Below, piece by piece: positions 1-12,832 of a stretch of 64,000 bases of DNA. The notes under the pieces were generated by a model. The model was not told the DNA's origin, did not search any database, and worked only from the letters and a program-made list of their open reading frames with translations. A program made the position numbers and the translations under genes. This DNA comes from Salisapilia sapeloensis CBS 127946 (lineage: Eukaryota > Protista > Oomycota). The DNA lies in the NCBI GenBank assembly GCA_023334545.1, contig JAADVB010000051.1, forward strand, positions 1-64,000, given 5' to 3'. Within the stretch, counting starts at the first letter, position 1; every line of letters starts with the position of its first letter.

Positions 1-1703
1 AAGCGCCCTTCTCATCTACTCTGTGTAAGCTCTTCAGCACGCAAGCAAAGGCGGTTCTGGACGAAGTGTTGACTGCTCGATCATCCTCAAAAGCGAACGA
101 GCACGGATACATCGATCGGTAGGCATATAAATTTCGTGGCGCCAACTAAATATCTTTTTAACGAGGCATGAGTAGATCCTTTTATCCTCAAGCAGTATCG
201 AAATTAGTTGGAGGGGCAACAGAGTTGGCTGCAGCCGTTGCTGATATTACACAGAATGCAAATGTATTAGAAAGTATTCTTCAACCCATACATGACCAGT
301 ATGCCGAGGTCGCTTTAGAGATATTGCGAAAATTTAACGTGGATGCCAAATTACCGGCATGGGAACGTAGAGCCCGGGCGAATGCCCAACGCATGGAAGC
401 GCCAAGTCAAGTCGAGTCAGATGAGAGTCTTCAAATGGTCGATTTATGCCTCGACGAAGTCATGGTTATCGTTCGTAACGTGACGATTTACTCGATGCAG
501 ATGGAGTCTATATGTCTACAGGTAGTAAATGATCGAAACAGCAAGTACTATGCCAAACAGCAGGAGTTCTACGGTGTCTATTTGCTGCTAGAGCAGTTTT
601 ATATCTCACAAGCTGTGCACAAAGCCGCAGAGATCTCAGAAGCTCAGGAAGTGGAACGTGGCGTTTTTGGTTCTAGCCTTGTCGATGACGCTTGTTATGT
701 ACTAGAAAAGGCTTTCCAACGAGGAGAACAGTGCCTGCACTACCACACACTGCTATCTGTAACTATTACGATTGTGGATGTACTAGATTCAATCTATTTT
801 CCTGCGATTCAGAACCTACCGTCTCATACAGGTGTGGTTCCAACCTCCTCACCGTCAGAGACGGATAATGATCTCGAAGAGGAAGAAGAGAAAGAGACAC
901 ATTTCTCTGATATGCTGTTGCAAGCAGTGGATGACGACTTGTCGGCTGCAGCACAAGATGAGGCCAAGTTGCTGATGGCAGTCAATTCATCGTACATGAG
1001 CGGTAAGTTTGTGACGAAGCTAGAGCAAGAGTTGATCCAATGCTGTCAAGAGATGCATCCGCATGAAGCAGCGATTACGGAATGTCTTCCAAAACCACTA
1101 AGTGACTTTGCCACTGCTTTCGATTCGATTGTGGAAAATGAAACGCGAGAAGTGCTTTCACGCTCAGTCTTGAAGCGTATGCATGTGCTCATCCACCGTT
1201 TGTTTGCAGAAAAGAGTGAGTATCAGCTCACCGCGTCTGCGTACGATGAAGTCGCCTTACATGGTTCACCACTTACGCAGTTGGTGGAACGAGAAGTTGT
1301 TCAGAATAAGCTCGTTCGGAGGTATCAAGAACGATTGAGTGCCTCACCATTCGAAACGCTTGTCAAGCACCTTGTTCAGGCGTTAGCAGAGACGATTGAC
1401 AGTGCTTTGTTTGCATCAGTAAAGCGTTTTAATGATCTTGGGGCACTTGTGTTTGAGAAAGAAGTGTCTGAAATTGTAGCAAAAGTGTCTTCTTTAGCCC
1501 CAGAAGCGTACTTCTCGACCTCCTTCACACGATTGTTTCAGATTGTACAAGTGTTAAACTTGATGAGTCCAAAGGATCTACTAGCGTACTCTCGAGAAGA
1601 CCATGAACTCGTGACTATCCAAGAGATCGGTAAGGTGCTACGCATGCGTGTGGATTTCCGTCGGACTGAAATCATGGATGTGATGGAAGCATTAGAAGCT
1701 TAG
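1..1703 (+). CDS. COG4: Conserved oligomeric Golgi complex subunit 4, 5' end outside window
   Basis: The C-terminal region (FNDLGALVFEKEVS...FTRLFQIVQVLNL) resembles COG4. The frame starting at nt 3 (APFSSTLCKLFSTQAKAVLDEV...YIDR) is open and joins the 168..1703 ORF through a GT-AG intron at 119-175, so the ATG at 168 lies in the intron. Confidence 0.8.
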
Positions 1704-1842
1704 AAAGAGTAAGAAATGCAAAAGGGACAAAGGTGTTGGCATGTTGGAGAAAAGTGTCGGGAAAACCTAAACTATCGCGAGTGGCTAGAGATGGGCGATG
1801 GGGGCACAGTCTATTAGAAATACATAGGTTGACGCAGCGGCA

Positions 1843-3894
1843 TTACTCGTCGTCCGATTCCTCTTCCTCATCACTGTCTTCTTCACCTTCCTCGCTCTCT
1901 TCATCCCCACTGTTCTCTTCAACATTTTCTTCCTCCATTTCTTCTTCACCTGCAGTAATAAAGTATTTAGATATTCATTCGATGCATGAGATAGTCAAGA
2001 GGAACAAACCTTCTTTGTAGACGACTGCCGCCGGTGCGTCACCATCCACATTATTCTTCTGTGCAGACGCTTCGTTGATCTGGCCGATGACAAGACTGAG
2101 TCGACCAGAAAGCTGCTGCAGTTGGTCGTGTACCTTGAGTCGCTGTTCTAATGTCTGGTACAATGCCGAGAGACTTTGCACCAGGTTCGGCTGCGCAATC
2201 AAGTACGCCGTGTGGTGCAATAGGATGGCTCGGATCCACGGACATAATCTCGCGCATCGGCCAGGACTGCGCTCCACCTTCTCCACGACGGCGTTCAACA
2301 GCTGCAACACTTTCATCGACGGTAGACGACGGACAGTGTGCGCGACTACCTTGGTGTCACGAGTACGCAGACAGTACTCGAGTTGCGCTTTGTCTTTCGT
2401 CTGCAAAGCTTGCTCCAACACACGTGATAGAGACGACGCATCTGGACGAGCTGAGCTTTCCTCCTTCTCCGGTTCGGTGTGAGAGATGCCGTTAGCAACG
2501 TCTTCCTCGACACGTTCACGGAGAGCATCGACACGTTCAGCTAGAGACACGTCATTGTCATCATCTGACTCCAACTGTTCCAGCTCTTCAAAGCCGTTCG
2601 AGTTGTCTGCACCAACCGAACCATTTCCATTACGCTCCGATAACGTCAGCACATGCTTCTCAGCATCATCCTTCTTCGCTTTCTTGGGAGACTTCTCGTC
2701 CGAGTTGGACAAGAGCAGGTGCTCACTCACAGGCTCAAATTCCAAGACCGACGCTAACTGGTTCTGGTTGTCTCGAATCGCCATCTTATCAAAGATAGGC
2801 TTTAGCGTAGAACCACGGACAACGTGGAGGTTCGCTGCGTCATCCACGTGCTGAGCGACACGCAGCACACCAGCTGAGCTGCTTTCGCTGCCCTCCACTT
2901 GGGACTTGCTGTGAGGCGCAATCGGCTGCTTGGATGAATCCTTGTACTTGTGCTCCCACACGAAGAGGTCACCAGAGTTGGCGACGGCAGAAAGGAAAAG
3001 ATCAATTTCCTTCGATTTCGCGCTCTTCTTCTTATTGGACTTAAGAGAAGTCATCGTGACACGAGAGAAGAAGGACGAAGCAGTGTCTGGAAGTGAAAAG
3101 TTGACCACTGGCTCATCGTCTTCATCCTCTAGGTCGTACATGCTAATGAAGCGACCACCCGTTGTGGATGCAAAGAGAAATCGGGAGCTATCAGGTGCAA
3201 ACTGAAGCTGGTTGACAGCAGAAGACATGCCGGCAGTGAACTTGCGGCTCTTCTTGCCGGAAGACAAGTCAAAGAGTCGAACGGCCGTGTTACCGACCGC
3301 GAGCTTTTCGCCGTCTGCAGAGATAGCAAGTTTTCGGCCTCCTTCCGAGCCACAGGAGAAACGTCGGGAGATTTTCTCGGTCTTGACGTCCCACTCTAGT
3401 ACTTTCGACTCGGTGGAAGTCGAGTAGAGCGAAGTGCCTTGGTTATTAAACGCAACGTCGACGACGGCGCTACCACTGCTCTGGTCGCTCGTCAGTGTCT
3501 GACTGACTTGTCCTTTCTGCAGGTCCCATAGCACAATGGAGCCAGTGTTTGTACCCAAAGCGACAATGCCTAGACCTGTGGACTTGGAACGCTTGGCACT
3601 CTTTTTCGTCTATAATCAAGTATCAGCACTTTTGCTTTCCATGCATTGTTTCCAAGAAGTAATTGAACATACAGGTGAAGATTGTGTCCATGCAATGCAC
3701 GTGTACTTGTGACTCAAATGGTCCTTCTCCTTCAGGTCATGCTGCAGCTCACCTGATGCCTATCAAATGCATCGTCAGCATCATCCACTGATTGTCGAAA
3801 TGTCAATACTATAACATACCACATCCCAGACTTTCAGACGGTTGTCCTCGGTGACAGCAGCAAAAGCTTCGAGCGAACTTGCGAAGAGATGCAT
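1843..3894 (-). CDS. WDR43: WD40 plus Utp12/Dip2-domain SSU processome protein (WDR43/UTP5)
   Basis: WD40 repeats (GSIVLWDL, KVLEWDV, VRLFDL) and a Utp12-type domain (SLSRVLEQALQTKD...LEYCL...CPWIRAILLHH). Upstream short exons start at ATG 3894 (MHLFASSLEAFAAVTEDNRLKVWDV). An acidic last exon ends at TAA 1843-1845. Confidence 0.85.
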
Positions 3895-4046
3895 GGCTTA
3901 TAATGGTAAGTGGGCTCACGTCCAGCCACCAGCCTCGACCTTTGCGATCGTATTATTGGTCACCACTCTGAGATATTAGTGCGACATTCAAGCAACATTG
4001 GTGCAACCACCTTGAACACATCATCGACCAACCAAAGTACGACGCG

Positions 4047-7000
4047 ATGGATCGAGCCCAGCTAGAGCAGCTCCTGGATGGCACATTGTCACCGACGAGT
4101 GAGCATCGTGCGCAATGTGAAGCCCAATTGACGACGTTGCTGCATACGCCTGGGTTTGCTGCCCACTTGTGTGAGTTGCTCGTGTCAACGACGCCAGAGC
4201 CTTCGCCAATGCATCGACACTTGATCTGTCTGCTTATTAAGAGACTGGGGAAGCGTCATTGGGAGCTCAATACAGGACATGAAGATGGAGATAATGAATA
4301 TGACGCTCCTACACAGAATGAATCTGTCGGTACAGCTAACTACATCGTCTCTGAAGATGAAAAACAACGTGTAAAGGCTCTCTTGCTTAACTGTATCCAG
4401 ACTCGACTGGAAGCTTTTGCTGAAAGTAAGCTGCAAACGGCATTGTGTTTAGCTGTGATGTCTATCTTTGAACGAGACGGTCCAGATCATTGGAAGGAAG
4501 TGCTGCCAGTGATGCTAGAGCTCATTCGAAGTGAGCAAACGCAGCTACTGTACGTAACATTCTCTGTGCGTTTCCTATCCATGGCAGCCGACTATTTCTC
4601 TGGTGAAAACTGCTGTGACCTCGTTGCAGAGGTATTCCCTCATCTCCAGCGCCTCTTTTCCGCCAACGACATGCTCCCTGTCGGAGTACGCACACGCATC
4701 GTACGCATCGTCAAGGCGAGCTTACTCATGGTTGGCATGGAAGCTGTGGTCGGAAATGATCGAGCAAAGGCACTACTGCAAACCCACATTGACCAGTGGA
4801 TTCAGCTCTTCCTGACGCAATTAACGCATGGAAGTGTGCAGCAGCCGAAAGACTATGGACTCAAAATCCAGATTCTCAATGCACTCACAAGCTTTGTTCA
4901 GGAATGGCCAGAAGAGATGGAAGCATTGTTACCCCGCATCGTGCCGCTCTTATTCGAGATGCTGGTGAACGGTGTTACTGTTTTTGAAAGCAACGTCGTG
5001 AACAATGACGAAGGAGAGGATGATGGGTATGACAGTGACAGCGAAGGTGCGTTAGTTGGACACAGTGCTTTGATTGTCAGTGTACTGGAGTTCATGCGTG
5101 GCATGGCGCTATACGCACCAACGAAGCAGACGAGACAACTCGTTCTAGGTGGCCTTGCAGACGTCGTGTACGTCGTTATCGCGTACATGCAGATTCCGAC
5201 TTGCCAAGCACAGTTGTGGCAGGAAGATCCGAACAAGTACATTGCAGATGAAGACGACGATAGCACCTCGTACGACATTCGGAACGCAGCGACAGAGCTC
5301 ATGAGCGAGTTGGATGCAGCGCTAGGCAGGAAGGCAGTTGGGGCAATTCTAAGTGCCTGTCAAAGACGTCTGAAAGAAGACACGGGCGCAAACTGGAGAC
5401 TGCAAGAAGCCACGCTCCTGATCGTCGGTAGTCTATCTCGACCACTTCTATCCGCCGTTCGAAAAGGCGATGCAGACATTCTGAATCTCATGGATGTAAG
5501 TGGATTCTTACAGACATTGTTCGCGCTTATGAATGACACCAATCAAAGTATCTTCCTTCGTGCTCGAGCTCTCTGGTGTACAAGTCAATTCGTACCTGGT
5601 ATGAACGACGAGATGCTTAATCATTTCCTTCAAATCGCCATCTCTGGCATCGACCAGTCCCAATTGTTACCTGTACGCATGTACGCTTGTCGAGCCATGG
5701 CGTCTGTTGTCAAGAGTGAGTCAGGCAAAGGTGCGTTACAGCAATCGAGCGACACCGTCATCGAACGACTGCTGCATCTAGCAGACCAGTCCTCGGGAGA
5801 GACTTTGCACATTGCATTAGAGACACTGCTCGTGGTTGCGCAAGAGACCGAGCTGTCTTCCTTGCCTATCGTAAAGCACGCTCTAAACTGTTTCCTCCAG
5901 CACTGGGGTCATAACCTGAGCGATCCGCTGATGGCAGAGCTTGTGGATGGTCTTCTCAGTCGGCTTTTAGAGCAGGACAATCTACAAATCATATCTGTTG
6001 TCCATGAGCAAACACTTCCTATCCTCCAGACCGTGCTCAACAGTAGCAAGCATGATCTAGATAGCAGTGGCACAGGCATCCACAATGCTGCTGCCGCTCT
6101 TGCAGTCCTCAAGACGATTGTCAGGCACGCGTTTGTCGTCGTTTCGTCCGGTGGATTGCCTGGTATGGACCAACACACTGTGCACCAAATGGCTGTGCAG
6201 ATCCTGCAACATGTCTTTGATCCTGTCATCGAGATCCTGTACGTCGTAGACGACGATGCGACTTTGAACACTGGTGCAGAGTGCCTCAAGTGGCTAGTCA
6301 TGTTTGCCTCGGAGCCGCTACTGCAGTACTCTAGTGACCGAACCGGAGGTGGCAACGGCATTGACGCGATACTAAACGTAGCTGCAAAGCAATTGTCACC
6401 TGATGTACCAGCTTCCAGTGCTGTCTCCGTCGGCGGCCTCATCACTCAAGTGCTCCAAAAGTGTGGTCATACGCTACCAACACAAACCGTTCAGTCGATC
6501 CTGTCGGCCGTCAGCAATCGTCTCGCGACGTCTCGCTTGACCGCTGTTTCCCAATCACTATGCATGGTCTTTGCTCGACTCGTCCATTCTCATGGCCAGG
6601 ATCTACTGCATTTGTTAGAACAACTGCCATCTCCATCGGTTCATATGGTTGCTGCAGATGATATATCGTCGGAAAGCATGTCAGTGCAACCATCCAACTT
6701 GCTACAGTTCGTGTTTGCGTCGTGGATTGAAAAGCAGTCCGAGTTCTACGGTTCTTACGGACTCAAAGTGACCATTAGTGCGTTGGTCAAGGTAGCTGAG
6801 TGGAACGATGCACGTGTGAATGATATTCGAGTGACTGGGAGTGCTGTCAATGAACTGACGTCGACGGAATCGACTGGTCCTGTGCTCACTCGAGCTCAGA
6901 CGAAGCAGTTACCACAAGGAGAAAAGAAGGAGTACTTAACAGTGCATTTCTTATCCAAATTAGTCGTTGTCTTGGCGAAAATGCTGAGCCAAGTAGGCGA

Positions 7001-7478
7001 AGAGGAAGAAGAGGAATGGGAGCCATCTGAAGGAGAGGAAGAAGAGTACTCTGATGATGAAGAAGACAGTGACTCGGCCCAAGAAACAACGAATATCTCG
7101 TCTGCCTTTGCTCCTGCAGGTAAAAGACCAATCTCAGTTATTTGCTTACAATTATAACTAACGGAATATTATGCACAGAACAATACTCTTTGCTGTCGGA
7201 TCAACTAGATGGACCGAGTGGTGAAGCGATGAACGGTGACGATGATGACATTGAGTTCGAGGCACAATTCGATCCGCTGAATGACATCTCCCTCATGGTA
7301 TGTTCTAGCTAGTCATACCCATTGAACAAGCATCGTCTTATATGTTTGTTTGTAGGTGGAGATTCCGAGGACGCTTCAAAGCATTTCAACAAACTCGACG
7401 CTATTAAACTCGATCATGCCGGAGCTTACAGCGGAGGACAAGGACATTTTGAGCATCGCTGCGGCGTCCGCCCAATAA
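4047..7478 (+). CDS. IPO9: Importin-9 (importin-beta family, HEAT repeats)
   Basis: IBN_N-like start (LEQLLDGTLSP...RAQCEAQL), WQEDPNKYIADEDD motif, NWRLQEATLL, and an acidic C-terminal tract. Further short exons follow a donor near 7119 and end at TAA 7476-7478. Confidence 0.85.
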
Positions 7479-7572
7479 ACAAGTATCGTGCCTAGGATCA
7501 TACCGATTCATTTGAAATAAATGTCCGAGTTGCTCATGAGCGACTACTCCTTATTGGACTCTTTAGCTCGTA

Positions 7573-9072
7573 TTACGTTTGTTCATCCCATCGAATGTAA
7601 CGCAACTTGCGAGTTATCAATAGTGCTTTTCCCATCTCTTTTCCATTCGGATCGATCTTGATCTCAGTCAATAGATATTTCAGTCGATGCTGCTTCATCA
7701 ATCCAACATTGTAGTCGACTGCTGCCAATAGATCCAGAGTCCAGATCGCTAGTTGGCCTACTTCAGCTGGCGTGTACTCAATACGAGCCAATTCCTTGAT
7801 GTTGGACACTTTACTTAGATCTTCACTTGCCCAATGCTCGACGATAGCAGGTTCCTCTGGCTTATTCCGATTGATGATGGATTCCCAATTAACGCCAACT
7901 GGCACATTCTCTAAACGCGCTTTTCGTGCGTGTTCCTCCTTCTCTGCTTCTGTCAAGTCTCGATGAAGTTCCCTCGCTTTCAATAATAGTGTGATGGCGC
8001 CTTGGACACCTCCAGCCTGACCGACAAGTTTGGCATTTCGTTCTAACGCACATAGTCAGGCAAATTGTAGTAGCCGAGAATGGATATGCAGTACCTCTTT
8101 CGGCTATGAGGAGGATGAATCGACAGATGTGGATGAAGAGCATTGCAAATTCATCGACATCAAACTTTGCAAAGGACCCGACTGCAACTCGAACGATATC
8201 ATGGTCATCCAAGTCACGAAATATACTATCCACCTTTACCTTTGCGTCGGGATCATCAAAATCAATGCCTTTATCATTATTACGATTAACGCCGACGCCT
8301 GCTTCTCGAAGTAGGCCGCATAGTCGACGAACGGCTGCGAGCTGGATGACAGCACTATCGACGTTCTTGTGCATCATTTCACTTATGACTGGAATCCCAC
8401 CCAGTGCTATACGCCGTACGGCCATTTCACCACCGTACGCAAGGCGGAAGATTGCCTCGATATCTCGCTGAATAAACTCATCAAGAGGGTTGGCTGCTGC
8501 AGTTGCTGTCAGTATGTCAGGACCATTACAATTCTCGAGCTCTGACTTCGCATTCGGACAAAGCATCACTAACCGGAGGCATCGGATACTCGTACGTAAG
8601 ACAGATACTTGGAATCGTTCGAGTTGGTCATGCGGCATCTGGAGATACTTTTCCATCGGCCGTCTCCCTTTCATCCACGGTATTTCGAATCGATATGGAA
8701 ACGGATCTAGCTCTGGTGCAACTTGCAGCTCACGGTACGTTACGATGGCCTGGATGAGAGCTTTCATTACCGCAGGATTTTCGGCTAGCACTTCGACCTC
8801 GGTGGAGGCATGAGTAAAAATGGTTTTATCTGTGATGACAGCGTCCGTGGATAGATCTCCAACAAGTTCATCGCTGCCTATGCCTTCTCCACACTCGGCC
8901 GTCCGGAGAAAGAATTGCAAGGCTGACTTTTACATGCGATAGTATGCATTTAAATTCATGTTCATGTAGATGATGTACCTGCGAGGTAGGGCTCAATGTA
9001 GTTTGGATACTTTTGAGTCAACCGCACGTGCTCTCGGACTTGTGCACGAAGAGAAGACACCCCTCCGCCCAT
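7573..9072 (-). CDS. Uncharacterised helical/ARM-like protein with MGGGVS N-terminus
   Basis: ORFs 7889..8920 and 7573..7983 are joined by an intron of about 8017-8094. A first exon from ATG 9072 reads MGGGVSSLRAQVREHVRLTQKYPNYIEPYLA. ARM-like segments include GGIPVISEMM...SAVIQLAAVRRL and GGVQGAITLL. Confidence 0.6.
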
Positions 9073-9174
9073 GAAGCACGAGGTAGAAGATGCAATCTAA
9101 ATATACATTTGCAGTAGAAAGTAATGCCACTTTATTTTTTTACTTCCTTGTTTCCATGTAGATTCTCGACTTTT

Positions 9175-9636
9175 TTACTCGCTGCTCGTCGCGTATTGCT
9201 TCTTGCCACGTAGCTGCATCTCGGCAATCATTTCCAAGTTCTTCTGAACAGCGTCCGCACGACGAGATTGGAATACCCACTTGCCGTCTTGCTTCACGAC
9301 TTCATCCGTCCATCGGACGACCATGACGGGGACGCATTTCCAGAAAGCGACGGTCGTGGATTCCACGTGTGCGGAGGATCCGTCTTCGGAGACCTGCACG
9401 ACATGGCCGCTCGGGACGTGGTGGGTCTCGGCGACAAAGTTTAGGTTCACAAGCTCTTGGAGAGCGGTCTGGATCTCACTCTTGCCAGTGCAATTGCCAC
9501 CGACAAGCTCTTCGTAGAACGTAGCGTCCTCTTTAAAGAGCCCCACGAGCTTTTGCACGGACGCGTCACCGTTGTTAAGCGAGTAGTCATGCGCGAAGGC
9601 GTTGACGAGGTTCACGATAGCACTGATCTCGGCCAT
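9175..9636 (-). CDS. SnoaL-like / NTF2-fold protein
   Basis: Intronless 153 aa ORF with an NTF2/SnoaL pattern: LFKEDATF, G-x-x-x-I, HHVPSGHVVQV, RWTDEVVKQDGKWVFQSR. Codon usage is GC3-rich and coding-like. Confidence 0.75.
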   Translation of the reverse strand: MAEISAIVNLVNAFAHDYSLNNGDASVQKLVGLFKEDATFYEELVGGNCTGKSEIQTALQELVNLNFVAETHHVPSGHVVQVSEDGSSAHVESTTVAFWKCVPVMVVRWTDEVVKQDGKWVFQSRRADAVQKNLEMIAEMQLRGKKQYATSSE

Positions 9637-9981
9637 GTTTTTTTTCTTTGTGATTTTCGATCTGGCTTGCTTCGCCGGATTTGTTTCATTCCGACATGAC
9701 GATAAGTTACGACGTCACGTGCACGTTGTGAGCGTTGCAGTGCAGATGGAAAGCTAGTGAAAAATACATGGAGGGTCACATGCAACGTAGTCCTTGACGG
9801 GCGATATAAATAGACATTTCGTAGAGGAGTATTTGCGCCTATTAGCATCCGAGGGATCAGAACTTCATTGGAACTTGGATTGCGAAAGCTTATGGAAAGC
9901 AAAAGGACTCCGACTTGCTCTACGAACTGTGCTATTGCTAAAAGCGCTACTCCTTCGACGCCCAAATGGAGTTTTCTAGAG

Positions 9982-10281
9982 ATGCATCAGCACTTGATGC
10001 CGATTGCTGCACCAGTTGCGACGACCAAAACAAGCATGTCGCCCAGCTATAAGCGACTCATGTGGCGTAAATTAGGGCAACCTTCTGATACAGGTTCAGC
10101 ATCAAGTACTGCTTTAGAGGGAAAAGAAAGAAGGCGATGCGTGAAGCGATCCTTTGAAGGCATTTCAAAAGACGAAGGCGTAGTTTGTAAGAGCAAGCGT
10201 GTACTTGAATTGCAAGAAGAAGCTGTGTACTCACGGCAACCAGGGGACGACAGACTATACAAACGCACTCGTGCCCGTTGA
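9982..10281 (+). CDS. Small basic hypothetical protein
   Basis: In-frame ATG at 9982 within ORF 9868..10281. K/R-rich with possible NLS-like segments. No family recognised. Confidence 0.45.
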   Translation: MHQHLMPIAAPVATTKTSMSPSYKRLMWRKLGQPSDTGSASSTALEGKERRRCVKRSFEGISKDEGVVCKSKRVLELQEEAVYSRQPGDDRLYKRTRAR

Positions 10282-10479
10282 ACTTAAAGCCTAATATATG
10301 CAATCTTACGTGTATTTGTGAGGTACATTGCCTAATGCACATCCGAGAGAGAGAGAAGGTTGAGACAAAGTAGCCTGCTCTGTGCGTCATAAGATCAGCT
10401 CTTCGGCATGAAGTTGAAGTTGTGTTCGTAACATATCGATAGAGCCGTTAAGGTTGACCACTATAATCCGACACGAAAG

Positions 10480-11317
10480 ATGAATCCACTTGTCGAGCCG
10501 CCCGAGGAGACATTCGACATCGAGAAGTACATTCACACTTCGTCTGGGAATAAAATCAGTCGACAATGTACTTTGTGTAATGCTCGGAACATTCAGCTTC
10601 GTGGCAAAGTACGCTTGTTAGCCTATACTTGTCTTAATGCGAACTATAAAGTTCCATTTGATTTTGTCGGTGGTGACGCAGGTAATCGTCGGTCCGGACG
10701 CTATTCTTCGAGCTGACCTGGCAAAAATCGCACTGGGAAAACAGTGCATTATTTGCAGCAAGACGGTTGTCAAACCTCCTATGCGTATGCTGCCTAGGTA
10801 TAGCGTGCCGTCCACATTCCCCAAACGAGTAATCTAGTCTGATTCATCTTTTTTCATTCGTCATAGTGGAGTAGGCTTTATTCCCATGAAGATCGGAGAC
10901 AATGTTTATATTGGAGAGGGCAGCATTGTTGAGGCAGCAATGATCGGATCCAATGTTCAAATCGGCAAAAACTGCGTCATCGTACGTCCCTTTCGATATT
11001 AGACACTATCCTTCAAGACCTAGTAACGTCATATTTATTTTTGAAAGGGAAAACGTGCAATCATTCGAGATTGCTGCCATGTCGATGATGACTCGGTCAT
11101 TCCACCTGACACTGTTCTCGCTCCATTTACCCATGTCCGTGGTATTCCGGGTGAACTCTCCGTCATTAAAGTTGTCCGATTTAAACGTCATTTAACACCT
11201 TCTGTAGCAAAATTTATCGAAGAAGTGCCTGAATCCACACCTGAGTCATGCCTTTCACAGATCAGTAGATACTTTGGTAACTTTACCCCTGAAAGCAAAA
11301 GTCTAGACAAGAAATAG
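10480..11317 (+). CDS. DCTN5: Dynactin subunit 5 (p25), left-handed beta-helix
   Basis: [65 protein letters not shown] and [10 protein letters not shown]...IPPDTV are spread over several exons. TAG at 11315-11317. Confidence 0.9.
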
Positions 11318-11377
11318 ATTCGACTATCTCCTTTCTCCAAGCAAAATGTGTCCACTAGTGTATTCTAAGTATACGAT

Positions 11378-12693
11378 TCATAACCATTTCTTGTTGGCAT
11401 TTATCAAATGCGACCGCTTGTCCGATATGGTTGGTTGGTAAAATGCTGGACCTGGAACCTCTACTTTGGTTTGGCCACCAAAGGTGTTCGACCTCGATGT
11501 GGTCGAACGAAAGGTGCTGTAGGAGGCGTTGACACCGTCCGATTTGATCGTAGGCTGGTACCTCTCAGGTGACGGCATCGTTTCGTACGATCCAGGACCT
11601 AGAATCATATTAGCTATCACACACATTTCCTACAATAGTACAAGGTTGTGCCTGGCATGTCATCCACAGTAGCTTTGTGAGGAAAGTGTCCGAATCGATC
11701 AGTTGAAGTGCGGTGAAAGACGGCGCTAGCTGTAGATTTGGAAACCCAGTCGTACTTAAGCGCATTCTCTGCTGCTTCAGCGTCGTACGCGCCAGGACCC
11801 GGAGTCGTTCTGCATTTGGGAGGATCTTGTAGACGTATGGAGGTGGATTGAAAGACAGATTGCGGTTGTCGTCGCTCATGACTGTGACCGAATTGGATTG
11901 GGTTATCATATTGCCCTGGAGCTGGTCCGTCTCTTGAAGCGGAGAACCCTCGTTGTAGTTTGGATGAAAAAACCGCTTTACCAACGTTACGTGAAAGAGA
12001 TGTTGGCGATGGTTCTGGATTGTATTGCCCGGGACCCGGTGCAGATGCAATCTGGTTGTCCTTTTTCCGAAATCGTGGCTACAAGTGCATACGAAGGTGT
12101 TGAAAGGAATGAAAGTGAAGCTAAAGTATAATATACCTCGTGTGCAAAGCTATTGACACCGCTCTTTCGGTTCATTGGACTCGTTTTTTGATAGTATTGG
12201 CCTGGATCTGGTCGCTTTTCCTTGATCCGATCTGAAAATCGCTTCGTTTTGGACACAAACCCGCTGCCGTACCCTAGCTTGGAGACCGATCCAGAATCTA
12301 TACTAGATCGTACCATGCTCGAAGGTTTATAGTAAGCTCCAGGTCCAGGCAGGTCGCTCTGCAATACCATAAAAGGTAAACAATTGCTAAAGGATGCCGA
12401 TCTAAAGCGAGGTTACCTGCTTATTGGAAAAGCGATGAATGCGATTTCCAAAACCACTAGCCTCGGTTGCTTCGTGGTGTAAGACCGTCTCATATTTGGA
12501 CGGAATGGATGCAGATTTCTAGTGGATCAAGCCGAAATTAATTTAAAATGAAAGAACAACGTCAATGTAGAAACCTCACAAGCGCTGGGTCTTGCCTCGA
12601 TTGTATTTTGTGGTCACTAAAAGTTCCTTTCTTGACACTTCCATGAGGCCTCGTCCCAACCTGTCGGAAGTTCGGCTTGGTATACGGATCCAT
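11378..12693 (-). CDS. STPG1: SHIPPO/PG-rich repeat protein, STPG1 (MAPO2)-like
   Basis: Repeated PGPG(A/S/Q)Y motifs, N-terminal SASIPSKYET...GFGNRIHRF, and C-terminal NANKKWL comparable to the NEDKKW end of animal STPG1. Multi-exon, with ATG at 12693. Confidence 0.7.
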
Positions 12694-12832
12694 GACCTCC
12701 TGGAATACCTTTCGACCAGCAAGTGTAGGCAGAAGTAGTTGTCGGAAGTATTGATAGCTCTTGCTATATTTATCCTTGTTGATTGGATATCGGAGGTTTC
12801 AGCCGTCAGTACAATCTGAAGCGCATCGAAAC

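Noticed and set aside
168-170. ATG start of COG4 as given in the ORF track
   Set aside because: It falls inside a predicted intron (119-175), and the coding frame continues upstream of the window.
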